Assembly: GCA_964384275.1 (NCBI GenBank)
Contig: CAYLKZ010000006.1
Span: 2,598 to 66,597, forward strand
DNA: 64,000 nucleotides
Source of the DNA: an uncultured Sphingobium sp.
GTDB lineage: Bacteria > Pseudomonadota > Alphaproteobacteria > Sphingomonadales > Sphingomonadaceae
Direction of reading: 5' to 3'
Both the position numbers and the translations under genes were made by a program. The notes below the pieces were generated by a model that searched no databases, was not told the DNA's origin, and was given only the letters and a program-made list of their open reading frames with translations. Shown here one piece after another: positions 27,735-41,144 of this stretch; position 1 is the first letter of the stretch; the number at the start of each line of letters is the position of its first letter.

Positions 27735-28712
27735 ATGGGGACAGGAATTCTCGCGAGATGGATCGACGCCGTGGCCGTCGGAACGCTGATGCTGGCGGCA
27801 ACGATTGTCGGCCAGATTTCCGCGCAGGCGTCGGTTCCCAGGCTGGGGCAGGATACGCCCTTGCCCGGCAACAGGGCCGCTCCTCCCTTCGCGCCGCAAG
27901 GAAAGGCGCCGCCCGTCCCGGCGAGACCCCGGACAAGGGCCGCGCCTGCGGACAATCCGGGGAGCTGGATTGCCGCTGAGGATTATCCGGCTCCTGCCCT
28001 CCGGTTTGCGGCGCAGGGAATAACGGGTTTCCGGCTCTATATAGACGAACAGGGCGAGGTGGCGGACTGCTGGATCACCAACAGCAGCGGTTTCGAAATG
28101 CTCGACCGGGCGGCCTGCGACAGGCTGCGAGAGCGCGCGAGATTTACACCGGCGCGCAATGCCCGGCGGCAGGCGGTGCGGGACATTTACGAAAGCCGCG
28201 TCAACTGGCGCCTGCCGGATCAAGAACCCGCACATTGGGGCGATGCGGAAATTCATTTAACCCTGTCGATCGATCGGCTGGGGAGCGTACAATCCTGCTT
28301 CGTGACCACCGCGACATTGCCCGGCGCCGAGCTGGACGGTCATTGCCCGCCGGATGTCGAGGGTTTGCCCCCGATGGTCGCGCTTGCCGCGCGGGGTTAT
28401 GGCGCTGAGGAAGCGCGGCTGGTGGACTGGGATTACGCGATCCGGCTGGATGCGATCCGCGTCGATGAGATGTTGCGGGATGTGCCGGACCGCGTGGTGT
28501 CCGGCGCGAGCGTCTGGAAATTCGGCATCCGTCCCGACGGGCGTCTGGCGGAATGCTCGTTGACCCGGCAAAAAGGCAATCCCGTTCTGCTGCCCGACCT
28601 GTGCGCGACGATCATGCAAATGCGCTTCGAACCAGCGCCGGAGACCGCGGGCGCGCCTGCGCAACGGACGGGATGGGCAGCCCTCGTCCTGTCCTACAAG
28701 ACCGGGCCGTGA
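27735..28712 (+). CDS. Exported protein with TonB C-terminal-like domains (three repeats)
   Basis: Signal/TM ending SAQA, Pro-rich linker, DYPAPAL...QG.TGFRL.ID..G.V..C....SSG...LD.AAC...RARFTPA, then two more related modules; start uncertain. Confidence 0.75.
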   Translation: MGTGILARWIDAVAVGTLMLAATIVGQISAQASVPRLGQDTPLPGNRAAPPFAPQGKAPPVPARPRTRAAPADNPGSWIAAEDYPAPALRFAAQGITGFRLYIDEQGEVADCWITNSSGFEMLDRAACDRLRERARFTPARNARRQAVRDIYESRVNWRLPDQEPAHWGDAEIHLTLSIDRLGSVQSCFVTTATLPGAELDGHCPPDVEGLPPMVALAARGYGAEEARLVDWDYAIRLDAIRVDEMLRDVPDRVVSGASVWKFGIRPDGRLAECSLTRQKGNPVLLPDLCATIMQMRFEPAPETAGAPAQRTGWAALVLSYKTGP

Positions 28713-28761
28713 ACAGGGTCTTTCTTCCTTGAATCGAGAAGGACGCGGGTGGTCCGTTCAA

Positions 28762-28789
28762 TTGACTTGACGGCGCCTCGCTCCTACAT
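28762..28789 (+). promoter_or_regulatory. Putative promoter of secA (RpoH/RpoD-like)
   Basis: TTGACT...CCTACAT, with the same spacing and -10 as the trxA candidate. Confidence 0.4.
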
Positions 28790-28855
28790 CGCAGCGTGTA
28801 TGGTGGCAGGCTTGTATCGGCAGGCCTCCCGACAATGAAAAAGTCAGGAATTCCA

Positions 28856-31579
<2,724 letters not shown>

Positions 31580-31678
31580 GGGGCGCTGGGTTGAGGGCGG
31601 CCGCTCTCGAACGACACGGCTTTCTTGCTGGCAAAAGCGAGAAGCTCTCCGGTTCGGTTGAAAGCGTTTAGCTTACAG

Positions 31679-31720
31679 GAAAAGGGCGGCGTGGATGGAA
31701 TTCCGGGCCGCCTTCCTTTT
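31679..31720. terminator. Probable bidirectional terminator between secA and the GNAT gene
   Basis: gaaaagggcggc...gccgccttcctttt with a long loop. Confidence 0.55.
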
Positions 31721-31793
31721 GGCTATTAGAGGACCGGCTGCGCATCGGGAGTCAAAACGCATCCACGTTGCAGGCCCTCTTCGGCGGCGAGTG

Positions 31794-32339
31794 TCAGGAA
31801 GCGGCGCGGGTAGCCGTCATGGGGGTGCGCGGGCCGAGCATTCCCTCCAGCGCCGGATCGATGGCTGGGGCATGGGGCACGGTGCGCATCAGCAGGCGGC
31901 GCGCCTCGAACGGTCCAGGCGCGCGCCAGCCGCTGGTTCCTTCGGCGGTAAAGCCCCAGAAGCGGCCATAATATTCCGGATCGCCGATCATCATCAGCGG
32001 CGCATCGGCCAGCGCATCGGCATCCTCGATCAGCTTGTCCATCAGCAGGCGGCCGCAGCCTCCACCCTGCCATTCCGGCTGCACCGCGACCGGACCGACC
32101 ATGATCAGGGGCACCTGCCTGCCGCTTGCCTTATCGGCGAGCGCGACGGGCCAGCTTTGCAACAGCCCGACCATCGCGCCGCTTTCGTCCAGCGCGGCAT
32201 AGCTCAACTCCGGCAGCCAGCCCATGCCATTTCGGATCGCATAGGCCGTGCGGCCATGGCGGTCCGTCCCGAAAGCGGCGTCGAGCAGCGCCTCTATCGC
32301 GCTATCTGGCTGGGTGGAGAGGGGAAAGAGCTTGGGCAC
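31794..32339 (-). CDS. GNAT family N-acetyltransferase (YhbS-like)
   Basis: LLDAAFG..R..RTAY.IR, GPVAVQPEWQGGGCG..L, IGDPEYYGRF.GF. Confidence 0.85.
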   Translation of the reverse strand: MPKLFPLSTQPDSAIEALLDAAFGTDRHGRTAYAIRNGMGWLPELSYAALDESGAMVGLLQSWPVALADKASGRQVPLIMVGPVAVQPEWQGGGCGRLLMDKLIEDADALADAPLMMIGDPEYYGRFWGFTAEGTSGWRAPGPFEARRLLMRTVPHAPAIDPALEGMLGPRTPMTATRAAS

Positions 32340-32469
32340 GCTTGCGGTTCTGTCCTTTACCGGGCATGAGCGCCCGACGGGTTAGGCTGACGGGGGCGGC
32401 GTTTAGCGCCTTGTCCCCAAATGAAAAGGAAAATCGACATGGGCCTGTCGATGCACGGGATTTGATGAA

Positions 32470-32859
32470 GTGATGATGACAGCGGATCAGGAAGATTTTC
32501 TCGTGCTGGAGGTCGATGACCTTCATGTGGACGTTTTGACCGGCATCTATTCGGAAGAAACGCATCTGCCCCAGCCACTGCGCATCTCGGTGCGCGCGCT
32601 GCTGGATGTCGCGGATCATTATGACCCGGATACGCCGCTGTCCTGCTCCAAAAACTATATGGACCTCAAACATGCGGCGACCGACGCATTACCGAGGGAT
32701 GTGCATTTCACGCTGATCGAGGCGGTGGCCGACCATATCATCGACACCGTTTTCCTTCAGGACAGAAACGTCCGTCATGTCCGGGTGAAGATCGTCAAGC
32801 TTGCTCTGTCCGAACGGGGCGAAGCGATCGGCATCACGCTGGGACGCTGGCGGAAATAA
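32470..32859 (+). CDS. folB: Dihydroneopterin aldolase
   Basis: GIYSEE...QPL, NY.DL, LIEAVA, V.IVK catalytic Lys; alternative ATG starts at 32473 and 32476. Confidence 0.82.
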   Translation: MMMTADQEDFLVLEVDDLHVDVLTGIYSEETHLPQPLRISVRALLDVADHYDPDTPLSCSKNYMDLKHAATDALPRDVHFTLIEAVADHIIDTVFLQDRNVRHVRVKIVKLALSERGEAIGITLGRWRK

Positions 32860-32875
32860 AGCTGGACCCTGCTGG

Positions 32876-34657
32876 TCAGCCGATTTCGTCGGGACGAAAA
32901 TGGCGCAACTTCGGCGCTACGGGCAGATCGGCGCTGTCCTTGATCGACTGGCGTAGATCCTCGCGTTTCTGGTGGATGGAGGCAATGACATGCCCCATCG
33001 CGACGCCTAGTTCCACCAAAGCGGTTTCCGCCAGTTGCAGCGAACTTTCCAGTGTTTCGGGCACGGCGGCCGAAGCGCCCGCCCGGTACAATTCCGCCGC
33101 ATGATCGGCGTCGCGGGCGCGCACGATGATCGGTAGATCGGTGATCCAGCTGCGCACGCGTCGGGTGATTTTGACCGACAACACCGGATCATCCATCGTC
33201 AGGATGAGCGCGCGCGCATCGGCGAGCCGCAGCCGGTCGAGCATTTCAGGGCGAGTGACATCGCCGAACAGCAGGGGATAGCCCTCGCGCCGACCCTCAG
33301 CCACCACATCCGGGTTGGATTCGACGGCGATGAAGGCCTGTTTGTGGTTGTCCAGAAGGTCGCACACCATATGGCCGACCCGACCGAAGCCGATCACCAC
33401 CGTGCGGCCGCTATCCTCTGCCGCGTTCGTCAGCAGATCCTCTTCCTGCCGCCCGCCCGACAACTCCGCGCGCCGGGCGATGTCATGGCCCAACCGCGCT
33501 AGGAGGGGCGTCAATGTCAGGCCGATGGCGGTGGCGATCTGCCAAAAGGCGGCCGTCTGAATACTGATGATATGGGCGGCGGATGCCGCTGTCAGCACGA
33601 TCAGCGTGGTTTCCGAAGGACTCGCCATCAGCACGCCGACCTCGATGGCGACGCCCCGGCCCGTGCCGTAGAAGCGCAACAGCAGCATCGTCACCAGCGT
33701 CTTGACGACGACCACGCCTATCACCGCGGCGAGCAGCTGCGGCCACGCCTGGACGATCATGGTGATGTCGAGACTCATCCCCACGGTCAGCAGGAACACG
33801 CCGAGCGCGAGCCCTTTGAACGGCGCGGTCATCACCTCGACCTCGCCATGATAATCGGTCTCCGCGATCAGCAGGCCCGCAAGGAGCGCGCCGACGATCG
33901 GGGAAAGCCCGGCGAGCGCGGTCATCAGGCTCGCGACGATCACCACCAGCAGGCTGGCGGCGAGGAACACGTCCGGACTCTTGGTGCGGGCGGCCTGCGC
34001 GAAGATATGGGGAAGGACATATCGGCCCGCGACCAGCATGACGACGACGGTGATGCCGCCAAAGAGCAGTGTCTCGACCAGCCGCTCTATCCCATCGCCG
34101 GTCGCATTGGGGGCGATGGCGCCCAGCAGGAAGATGATCGGCACCAGCGCCAGATCCTCGAACAGCAGCATCGAGAAGGCGGCTCGGCCAACCGGCGACT
34201 GCGTGCCCACCATCGGCAGAACAAGGGCGGTCGAGGACAAGGCAAGCGCCAGGCCGAGGCCGATGGCGGCGGCGGGCGCGGTGCCGAACAGGCTCATCGC
34301 CAGCGCGATCAGCAACGCGGAGCCGATCAGCTCCATCGCGCCCACGCCGAACACCAGCTTTCGCATCGACCAGAGGCGCTTGAAGCTAAGTTCCAGCCCG
34401 ATCGAAAAAAGCAGCAGGACGATGCCCAGCTCGGCAAAGGGCGCGATCGATCCGGGGTCGGAAATGGTGAAATGATAAAGCCACGGATAGTCCTTCACCA
34501 TGGAGCCGAGGCCCGAGGGGCCGACCGCCAGGCCCACGAGAATAAACCCTATCACCGGGCTGATTCGAAAGCGCGCGAACGTCGGGATAACCAGACCCGC
34601 CGCGCCCAGAATCACCAATGCATCGCTTAACCCAGCATGATCCACATCCATTGCCAT
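32876..34657 (-). CDS. CPA2 family K+/H+ antiporter (KefB/KefC-like, TrkA-N domain)
   Basis: AELGIVLLLFSIGLE, LSSTA, LLFEDL, PFKGL.LG.F, then GFGRVG, GDVTRP, RARD. Confidence 0.9.
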   Translation of the reverse strand: MAMDVDHAGLSDALVILGAAGLVIPTFARFRISPVIGFILVGLAVGPSGLGSMVKDYPWLYHFTISDPGSIAPFAELGIVLLLFSIGLELSFKRLWSMRKLVFGVGAMELIGSALLIALAMSLFGTAPAAAIGLGLALALSSTALVLPMVGTQSPVGRAAFSMLLFEDLALVPIIFLLGAIAPNATGDGIERLVETLLFGGITVVVMLVAGRYVLPHIFAQAARTKSPDVFLAASLLVVIVASLMTALAGLSPIVGALLAGLLIAETDYHGEVEVMTAPFKGLALGVFLLTVGMSLDITMIVQAWPQLLAAVIGVVVVKTLVTMLLLRFYGTGRGVAIEVGVLMASPSETTLIVLTAASAAHIISIQTAAFWQIATAIGLTLTPLLARLGHDIARRAELSGGRQEEDLLTNAAEDSGRTVVIGFGRVGHMVCDLLDNHKQAFIAVESNPDVVAEGRREGYPLLFGDVTRPEMLDRLRLADARALILTMDDPVLSVKITRRVRSWITDLPIIVRARDADHAAELYRAGASAAVPETLESSLQLAETALVELGVAMGHVIASIHQKREDLRQSIKDSADLPVAPKLRHFRPDEIG

Positions 34658-34795
34658 ATCCGCCCTTTAAGCAGGCGAGAGGCGGGCTGTCATCGTTGAA
34701 TTAGCAGGAAAAGGAAAAGCGTTGCGCATGCCGGGGGAGTTGGCCGGGGCGTGTGGGGATGGGGAAATGCCGTTCGGCAAGAACATAGCCAGGAT

Positions 34796-34850
34796 GAAAA
34801 AAGAAGAGCCCGCCCGCTTCTGGTCGAGGCGGGCGGGCTCCTGCATTTTT
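34796..34850. terminator. Terminator downstream of icd
   Basis: gagcccgcccgc...gcgggcgggctc flanked by A and T tracts. Confidence 0.75.
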
Positions 34851-34878
34851 CCGGACTACGCCGGGGGCATGGGAAGTC

Positions 34879-36099
34879 TTACTTCCAATTGCCCATTTCG
34901 GTTTCGAGATTGGCGCGGATCGCCTCGAAGAATTGTTCGGTGGTCATCCATGCCTGATCCGGACCGATCAGCAGCGCCAAATCCTTGGTCATCTTGCCGT
35001 CCTCGACGGTCTTGATGCAGACCTTTTCCAGCGTCTCGGCGAAGCGCTCGACTTCGGGCGTCTCGTCGAACTTGCCGCGATATTTGAGGCCACCGGTCCA
35101 TGCGAAGATCGATGCGATCGGGTTGGTGGAGGTCGCCTTGCCCTGCTGGTGCTGGCGATAATGGCGGGTGACGGTGCCATGGGCGGCTTCGGCCTCGATG
35201 GTCTTGCCGTCCGGGGACATCAGCACCGAGGTCATAAGACCCAGCGAGCCGAAGCCCTGCGCAACCTGATCCGACTGCACGTCGCCGTCATAGTTCTTGC
35301 ACGCCCAGACGAACTTGCCGCTCCACTTCAGCGCGGAAGCGACCATGTCGTCGATCAGGCGATGTTCATAGACGATGCCCGCCTTTTCGAACAGATTCTT
35401 GAACTCGCCCTCGTAAACCTCGGCGAACAGATCCTTGAAGCGACCGTCATAGGCCTTGAGGATGGTGTTCTTGGTCGAGAGATAGACCGGCCAGCCGCGG
35501 CCCAGGCCATAGTTCATGGAAGCGCGGGCGAAATCCTTGATCGATTCGTCAAGGTTGTACATGCCCATGGCGACGCCCGAACCGGGGAACTGGAATACTT
35601 CCTCGTCGATCAGGGTGCCGTCTTCGCCTTCGAACACGAGGCGCAGCTTGCCCGGACCCGGCACGCGGAAATCGGTCGCCTTATACTGGTCGCCGAATGC
35701 ATGGCGGCCGACGACGATGGGGTCGGTCCAGCCCGGGATCAGGCGGGGCACGTTCTTGATGACGATCGGTTCGCGGAACACGACGCCGCCCAGGATGTTG
35801 CGGATCGTGCCGTTGGGCGACTTCCACATTTTCTTGAGGTCGAATTCCTTAACGCGGTCTTCATCGGGGGTGATGGTCGCGCACTTCACGCCAACGCCAT
35901 ATTTGGCGATGGCATTGGCCGAGTCGACGGTGATCTGATCGTTGGTGCGATCGCGCTCTTCGATGCCGAGATCATAATAATGCAGGTCGATGTCGAGATA
36001 GGGCTTGATGAGCCGCTCGCGAATCCATTCCCAGATGATCCGGGTCATTTCGTCGCCATCGATCTCCACCACCGGGTTCTTGACTTTGATTTTCGTCAT
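34879..36099 (-). CDS. icd: NADP-dependent isocitrate dehydrogenase (eukaryote-like type II)
   Basis: [56 protein letters not shown]. Confidence 0.97.
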   Translation of the reverse strand: MTKIKVKNPVVEIDGDEMTRIIWEWIRERLIKPYLDIDLHYYDLGIEERDRTNDQITVDSANAIAKYGVGVKCATITPDEDRVKEFDLKKMWKSPNGTIRNILGGVVFREPIVIKNVPRLIPGWTDPIVVGRHAFGDQYKATDFRVPGPGKLRLVFEGEDGTLIDEEVFQFPGSGVAMGMYNLDESIKDFARASMNYGLGRGWPVYLSTKNTILKAYDGRFKDLFAEVYEGEFKNLFEKAGIVYEHRLIDDMVASALKWSGKFVWACKNYDGDVQSDQVAQGFGSLGLMTSVLMSPDGKTIEAEAAHGTVTRHYRQHQQGKATSTNPIASIFAWTGGLKYRGKFDETPEVERFAETLEKVCIKTVEDGKMTKDLALLIGPDQAWMTTEQFFEAIRANLETEMGNWK

Positions 36100-36296
36100 G
36101 AGCTGCGTTTCGCTTTCCTGTCTGGGGGATGGTTGCGTAGCGCTCTAGGCAAAGCGCGCGGATTGTTCAACCGCGCAATGCGCGTTGGGCAGGAGGTTTT
36201 TCGGAAGAGGCCGGGGAGGGGATGTACGACTTTATATCCGCATATTTGCGGCATGGCGTTGTCATCCCTTCCGTCTCTCCCTAAACACATATTCAT

Positions 36297-37067
36297 ATGG
36301 AAACTGAACCTCATAATTTCTCGGGGGAAGGCGGCACGGCCGCTCCCCAGTCTCCGCCCGCGCAGCAGGGGGTGAAATGGCGATTTCCCGCCGTTCATCC
36401 CGAAGGGCGCAAATTCGGCGCCATTGCGGTGGCAATCACCTTGCTCTTCTTCATCCTTGGATGGGAAATCGTCGGCTGGCTGATGGTCGGCATCAGCATC
36501 TGGGTGTTCGCCTTCTTCCGCGACCCGGTGCGGGTGACGCCGGCCGATGCCGATCTGCTGATCGCTCCCGCCGACGGGCTCGTCACGTTGATCCAGCAAG
36601 TGCCGCCGCCACGCGAGATCGCGGGCGAGGAAGGGCTTGGCGGCGACCCGATGTGGCGCGTCTCCATCTTCATGAGCGTGTTCGACGTGCACATCAACCG
36701 GACGCCGATCAGCGGGACAGTGCGGCAGGTCGTCTATATTTCCGGCAAGTTCATCAACGCCGATCTCGACAAGGCGAGCGAGGATAATGAGCGCCAGCAT
36801 ATCGTGGTCGAGCGCGGCGATGGGTTGCGCATCGGTTTCACCCAGATCGCGGGCCTTGTCGCGCGGCGCATCGTGCCCTTCGTGAAGCCGGGCGACGTGG
36901 TCGCGGCGGGCCAGCGTATCGGCCTCATTCGTTTCGGCAGCCGGGTCGATATATATCTGCCTGCTGGAACCCTGCCGCGCGTCGCCCTCGGCCAGCGCAC
37001 CATTGCCGGTGAAACCGTCATTGCAAAGCTGGACGAGGCGCAGCCTGTCACCGGAATCTTCCAGTGA
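36297..37067 (+). CDS. psd: Phosphatidylserine decarboxylase proenzyme
   Basis: [38 protein letters not shown] self-cleavage site. Confidence 0.93.
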   Translation: METEPHNFSGEGGTAAPQSPPAQQGVKWRFPAVHPEGRKFGAIAVAITLLFFILGWEIVGWLMVGISIWVFAFFRDPVRVTPADADLLIAPADGLVTLIQQVPPPREIAGEEGLGGDPMWRVSIFMSVFDVHINRTPISGTVRQVVYISGKFINADLDKASEDNERQHIVVERGDGLRIGFTQIAGLVARRIVPFVKPGDVVAAGQRIGLIRFGSRVDIYLPAGTLPRVALGQRTIAGETVIAKLDEAQPVTGIFQ

Positions 37068-37849
37068 GGAAGCGCCCGTTCATTCCTGGAGGCAGCCGAC
37101 GCGGCATTTCTTTGCGTCAGGTCGCGCCCAATGCCGTCACCGCCATGGCGCTCTGCTTCGGCCTGACCGGGGTGCGCTACGCTATGGCGGGCGAATGGGA
37201 AATGGCGGTGGCCTCTGTCATATTGGCGGGCGTTCTCGATGGCCTCGACGGCCGTATCGCAAGAATGCTGCGCGGAGAGAGCCGTTTCGGCGCGGAACTC
37301 GATTCGCTCTCGGACTCTATCGCCTTCGGGGTGACGCCTGCGCTCATCATCTATCTCTGGTCGCTGCAATATATGCCGAAATTCGGCTGGGTGATAGCGC
37401 TGGCCCATGCGTTGATGTGTGCGCTGCGTCTCGCGCGCTTCAATGCGCAAATCGATACGGACGATCAGCCGCATAAGCTCGCGGGCTATCTGACGGGAGT
37501 CCCGGCTCCTTCGGGCGCCGGGCTTGCCTTCGTGCCGCTTTATGCCTGGTTCGTGACGGGCGAGGACATTTTTCGTCAATGGTATGTCGTCGCGCCCTGG
37601 ACGGCGATGATCGCTTTTCTGATGATCTCCAACATCGCTACCTTCAGCTGGAAGGCTCTGCGTTTGCGCCGTCGGGTGAGGCTGGAGGCGATCGGTGTGG
37701 CCGGGCTGCTCGGAGCGCTGCTGCTGACACTGCCCTGGCTCACGCTGCTGATAATAAGCTTACTCTATCTTGCCATGATCCCGTTCGGTATCGCCAGCTA
37801 TCGCAGGGCCCATCGCTCTCCCCTGGTCACTCCTGCCGAAGCAGGCTGA
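37064..37849 (+). CDS. pssA: CDP-diacylglycerol--serine O-phosphatidyltransferase
   Basis: [14 protein letters not shown]....[12 protein letters not shown]...FGVTP, RLARFN; GTGA overlap with psd. Confidence 0.92.
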   Translation: MRKRPFIPGGSRRGISLRQVAPNAVTAMALCFGLTGVRYAMAGEWEMAVASVILAGVLDGLDGRIARMLRGESRFGAELDSLSDSIAFGVTPALIIYLWSLQYMPKFGWVIALAHALMCALRLARFNAQIDTDDQPHKLAGYLTGVPAPSGAGLAFVPLYAWFVTGEDIFRQWYVVAPWTAMIAFLMISNIATFSWKALRLRRRVRLEAIGVAGLLGALLLTLPWLTLLIISLLYLAMIPFGIASYRRAHRSPLVTPAEAG

Positions 37850-37878
37850 TCCGACGCGCGCGCCTGCCCTTCCTCGCG

Positions 37879-38130
37879 TCAGGCGGCGCGGATATGGCGG
37901 CGCAGCGCTGTAGGCGAAGGGCTGACAGTACGGCCAGAGAGGCGGGGGCCGCGCGCCGGGCTGTAGCAGATATGCACTGCTACAGCGGGCGAGGCGGGGC
38001 GATGTTCCATCCGCAATGCCGCAAGCGCCTTGTCCCGATAGGCGTGGCTCATGCCGATGATCGTTCCCAGCGCCAGAACAAAGCCGAAAGAAAAGAGGAG
38101 GCCGGCCAATAGTGCAACCATAGTCATCAT
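37879..38130 (-). CDS. Small hypothetical protein with one N-terminal TM helix, LexA-box promoter
   Basis: MMTMVALLAGLLFSFGFVLALGTIIGM followed by a basic, Pro-rich tail ending RRHIRAA; own promoter and operator upstream; true start may be 38121. Confidence 0.65.
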   Translation of the reverse strand: MMTMVALLAGLLFSFGFVLALGTIIGMSHAYRDKALAALRMEHRPASPAVAVHICYSPARGPRLSGRTVSPSPTALRRHIRAA

Positions 38131-38221
38131 CCTACCCGCAATCCGTCGCGTAAAGCGGTGGGCACTGATACGCATCCGCTACCTGCGAACCTGAACATTT
38201 TGGCACCCTTCAAGGTTCCAT

Positions 38222-38256
38222 GTTCCCTATATGTTCTCATTTTGCCGGGCTGTCAA
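38222..38256 (-). promoter_or_regulatory. SOS promoter: TTGACA -35 with an alphaproteobacterial LexA box over the -10
   Basis: Minus strand TTGACA (38256-38251)-N17-CATATA; GAAC-ATATAGG-GAAC (GAAC-N7-GAAC) at 38236-38222. Confidence 0.8.
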
Positions 38257-38309
38257 CAGGCAGATGAGGCTTGCCATATGTCGGGTAAATCGCTAAGCGC
38301 TGCGCCATT

Positions 38310-38385
38310 CCACATGGGATTCGCACATACCGGTGCCGGGGCTGTTCCCGGTCACTGAATCCCAGAGGGTTAACCGGAAGGAGAA
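38310..38385 (+). promoter_or_regulatory. rpsB 5' leader (S2 autoregulatory / t44-like RNA structure)
   Basis: tgggattc...gaatccca outer stem, CACATA, ccggt/accgg pairing potential, GAGG..TAACC; lies after a TTGCCA...GCTAAG promoter. Confidence 0.6.
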
Positions 38386-38390
38386 AAACC

Positions 38391-39152
38391 ATGGCGGCAC
38401 CTGTCGTCACGATGCAGCAATTGATCGAGGCCGGCGCGCATTTCGGCCACCAGACGCACCGCTGGAATCCCCGCATGAAGCCTTATATCTTCGGCGACCG
38501 GAACGGCGTTCATATTCTTGACCTTAGCCAGACCGTGCCGCTCTTCGCGCGCGCGCTCGATTTCGTGTCGGCGACCGTTGCCGCCGGTGGCAAGGTGCTG
38601 TTCGTCGGCACCAAGCGCCAGGCGCAGGAAGCCATTGCAGAGGGCGCCCGCAAATCGGGTCAGCACTTCGTCAATCACCGCTGGCTGGGCGGCATGCTCA
38701 CCAACTGGAAGACCATCTCGCAGTCGATCAAGCGCCTCAAGACTCTTGAAGAGCGTCTGTCGGGCGACACGCACGGCCTCACCAAGAAGGAAGTGTTGCA
38801 GATGACCCGCGAGCGCGACAAGCTGGAGCTGTCGCTGGGTGGCATTCGCGACATGGGCGGCATTCCGGACGTGATGTTCGTGATCGACGCCAACAAGGAA
38901 GAGTTGGCGATCAAGGAAGCCAACACGCTGGGTATTCCGGTCGTTGCGATCCTCGATTCGAACGTCGATCCGTCGGGCATCGCTTTCCCGGTTCCGGCCA
39001 ATGACGATGCCAGCCGCGCGATTCGCCTCTATTGCGAAGCCATCGCCGCCGCTGCCACCAAGGGCAACCGTGGTGCGCAGGAGGCCGCAGGTTTCGACAT
39101 CGGTGCGCTGGACGTGCCCCCGGCTGAAGAAAGCGTCGCCGTCGAAGCGTAA
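38391..39152 (+). CDS. rpsB: 30S ribosomal protein S2
   Basis: [43 protein letters not shown]. Confidence 0.98.
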   Translation: MAAPVVTMQQLIEAGAHFGHQTHRWNPRMKPYIFGDRNGVHILDLSQTVPLFARALDFVSATVAAGGKVLFVGTKRQAQEAIAEGARKSGQHFVNHRWLGGMLTNWKTISQSIKRLKTLEERLSGDTHGLTKKEVLQMTRERDKLELSLGGIRDMGGIPDVMFVIDANKEELAIKEANTLGIPVVAILDSNVDPSGIAFPVPANDDASRAIRLYCEAIAAAATKGNRGAQEAAGFDIGALDVPPAEESVAVEA

Positions 39153-39310
39153 TCGTTTCGCACCGTCGTAATAATTCAGGGCAGGGCGCGTTGCGGGAAA
39201 CCGGAATGGCGCCCGTCCGCTTTCTAAGCGATTTCGAGGTGGCTGATGCAGCCGCCGGTTTGAAAATCGTGTAAAGAAAATTTGACACATTTGAATTGAA
39301 GGAAAACCTG

Positions 39311-40237
39311 ATGGCCGAGATTACTGCCGCTGTTGTGAAGGAACTGCGTGAGCGTTCCGGCGCGGGCATGATGGACTGCAAGAAGGCGCTCGCTGAAACC
39401 AATGGCGATCTGAACGCCGCGGTCGACTGGCTGCGCGCCAAGGGCCTTGCCGCCGCTCAGAAGAAGTCGAGCCGCACCGCCGCCGAAGGTCTGGTCGGCG
39501 TTGCCGTCGAAGGCACCAAGGGCGTCGCGGTCGAAGTGAACAGCGAAACCGACTTCGTTGCGAAGAACGACCAGTTCCAGGATTTCGTCCGCAATGTTTC
39601 CGGCATCGCGCTCGCTACCGGCACGCAGGATGTCGAGGCGCTGGCCGCGGCGGCTTATCCCGGTGGCGGCACCGTCAATGACAAGCTGGTTTCGAACGTC
39701 GCTACCATCGGTGAGAATCAGGCCATCCGTCGCATCGGCGCGGTCTCGGTCGAGAAGGGCGTGGTCGTCGATTATATCCACAATGCGGCGGGCGCCGGCC
39801 TCGGCAAGATCGGCGTGCTCGTCGCGCTGGAGGGCGATGCGCCCGCCGACGTGATGGCTCCCCTCGGCAAGCAGTTGGCGATGCACATCGCGGCCGCTTT
39901 CCCGCTCGCGCTGTCGGCGGACCAGATCGACCCGGCGCTGATCGAGCGTGAGCGCGCTATCGCCGCCGAAAAGGCTGCCGAGAGCGGCAAGCCTGCCGAG
40001 ATCGTCGCAAAGATGGTCGATGGCGCAGCCGTCAAGTTCGCCAAGGAAAATGCGCTGCTTTCGCAGCTCTTCGTGATCGACAACAAGACGCCGATTGCCG
40101 ATGTCGTTGCCAAGGCGGCCAAGGACGCCGGCGCTTCGATCACGCTGAAGGATTATGTCCGTTTCCAGCTGGGCGAAGGCATCGAAAAGGAAGAAACCGA
40201 TTTCGCGGCGGAAGTGGCTGCGGCTGCGGGCATCTGA
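39311..40237 (+). CDS. tsf: Elongation factor Ts
   Basis: [49 protein letters not shown]. Confidence 0.98.
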   Translation: MAEITAAVVKELRERSGAGMMDCKKALAETNGDLNAAVDWLRAKGLAAAQKKSSRTAAEGLVGVAVEGTKGVAVEVNSETDFVAKNDQFQDFVRNVSGIALATGTQDVEALAAAAYPGGGTVNDKLVSNVATIGENQAIRRIGAVSVEKGVVVDYIHNAAGAGLGKIGVLVALEGDAPADVMAPLGKQLAMHIAAAFPLALSADQIDPALIERERAIAAEKAAESGKPAEIVAKMVDGAAVKFAKENALLSQLFVIDNKTPIADVVAKAAKDAGASITLKDYVRFQLGEGIEKEETDFAAEVAAAAGI

Positions 40238-40387
40238 TCGCCTGCCAAAGAATTGCCCCGGGCGCCGTGTCGGCGTCTGGCGCATGGAAATATTTGTTCC
40301 GGGCGCCCGTCGGTGCTTGGCATGGCGGCGCGCGCTGACTAAGGTGCGCGCCATTTCCATAAGTAAACAAGCGGAATAAATTTCTAC

Positions 40388-41122
40388 ATGTCACGCCCTG
40401 CCGCCAAGCGCATCCTCCTCAAATTGTCCGGTGAAGTACTGATGGGGGAAGGGGCGTTCGGTATCGATCCCGCGACGGTCGACCGCATCGCGAGCGAGGT
40501 CGCCTCGGCCAAGGAAGCGGGCTTCGAGATCTGCATGGTTGTGGGAGGCGGAAATATCTTCCGTGGCCTCGCCGCCGCCGCCAAGGGCTTCGATCGTACG
40601 AGCGCCGATTATATGGGCATGCTCGCGACGGTGATGAACGCGCTCGCCGTCCAGAACGCGCTGGAGCGCATGGGCCATCCCACTCGTGTGCAATCGGCGA
40701 TCCCGATGGAAACGGTGTGCGAGCCCTATATCCGCCGCCGCGCGGTCCGCCATATGGAAAAGGGCCGCATCGTCATTTTCGCTGCGGGCACCGGCAATCC
40801 CTTTTTCACCACCGATACGGCGGCGGCTTTGCGCGCGGCGGAAATGGGCTGCGGCGCGCTCTACAAGGGCACCAGCGTTGATGGCGTCTATGATGCCGAC
40901 CCCAAAAAGGTGGATACGGCAAAGCGCTATGAGGCGGTCTCTTTCGATCGCGTGCTCAATGACAATCTGAAGGTGATGGATGCAAGCGCGGTGGCGCTGT
41001 GCCGGGAGAATGAGATCCCGATCGTCGTCTTTAACATTCGTGAAACCGGCAATCTTACGCGGGTGCTGAGCGGACAGGGAGTTGCCACCACGGTGGGCGC
41101 TTCCGATCAGCTGGCGGCCTGA
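40388..41122 (+). CDS. pyrH: UMP kinase
   Basis: [47 protein letters not shown]. Confidence 0.97.
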   Translation: MSRPAAKRILLKLSGEVLMGEGAFGIDPATVDRIASEVASAKEAGFEICMVVGGGNIFRGLAAAAKGFDRTSADYMGMLATVMNALAVQNALERMGHPTRVQSAIPMETVCEPYIRRRAVRHMEKGRIVIFAAGTGNPFFTTDTAAALRAAEMGCGALYKGTSVDGVYDADPKKVDTAKRYEAVSFDRVLNDNLKVMDASAVALCRENEIPIVVFNIRETGNLTRVLSGQGVATTVGASDQLAA

Positions 41123-41144
41123 CAATCTGGCATAGGAGAAAGAC

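Noticed and set aside
31580-31793. secA-GNAT intergenic region examined for a tRNA or sRNA; minus-strand TTGACT...TCTAAT noticed
   Set aside because: No cloverleaf or T-loop. The 19-nt promoter spacing is poor, and only a terminator-like hairpin is supported.
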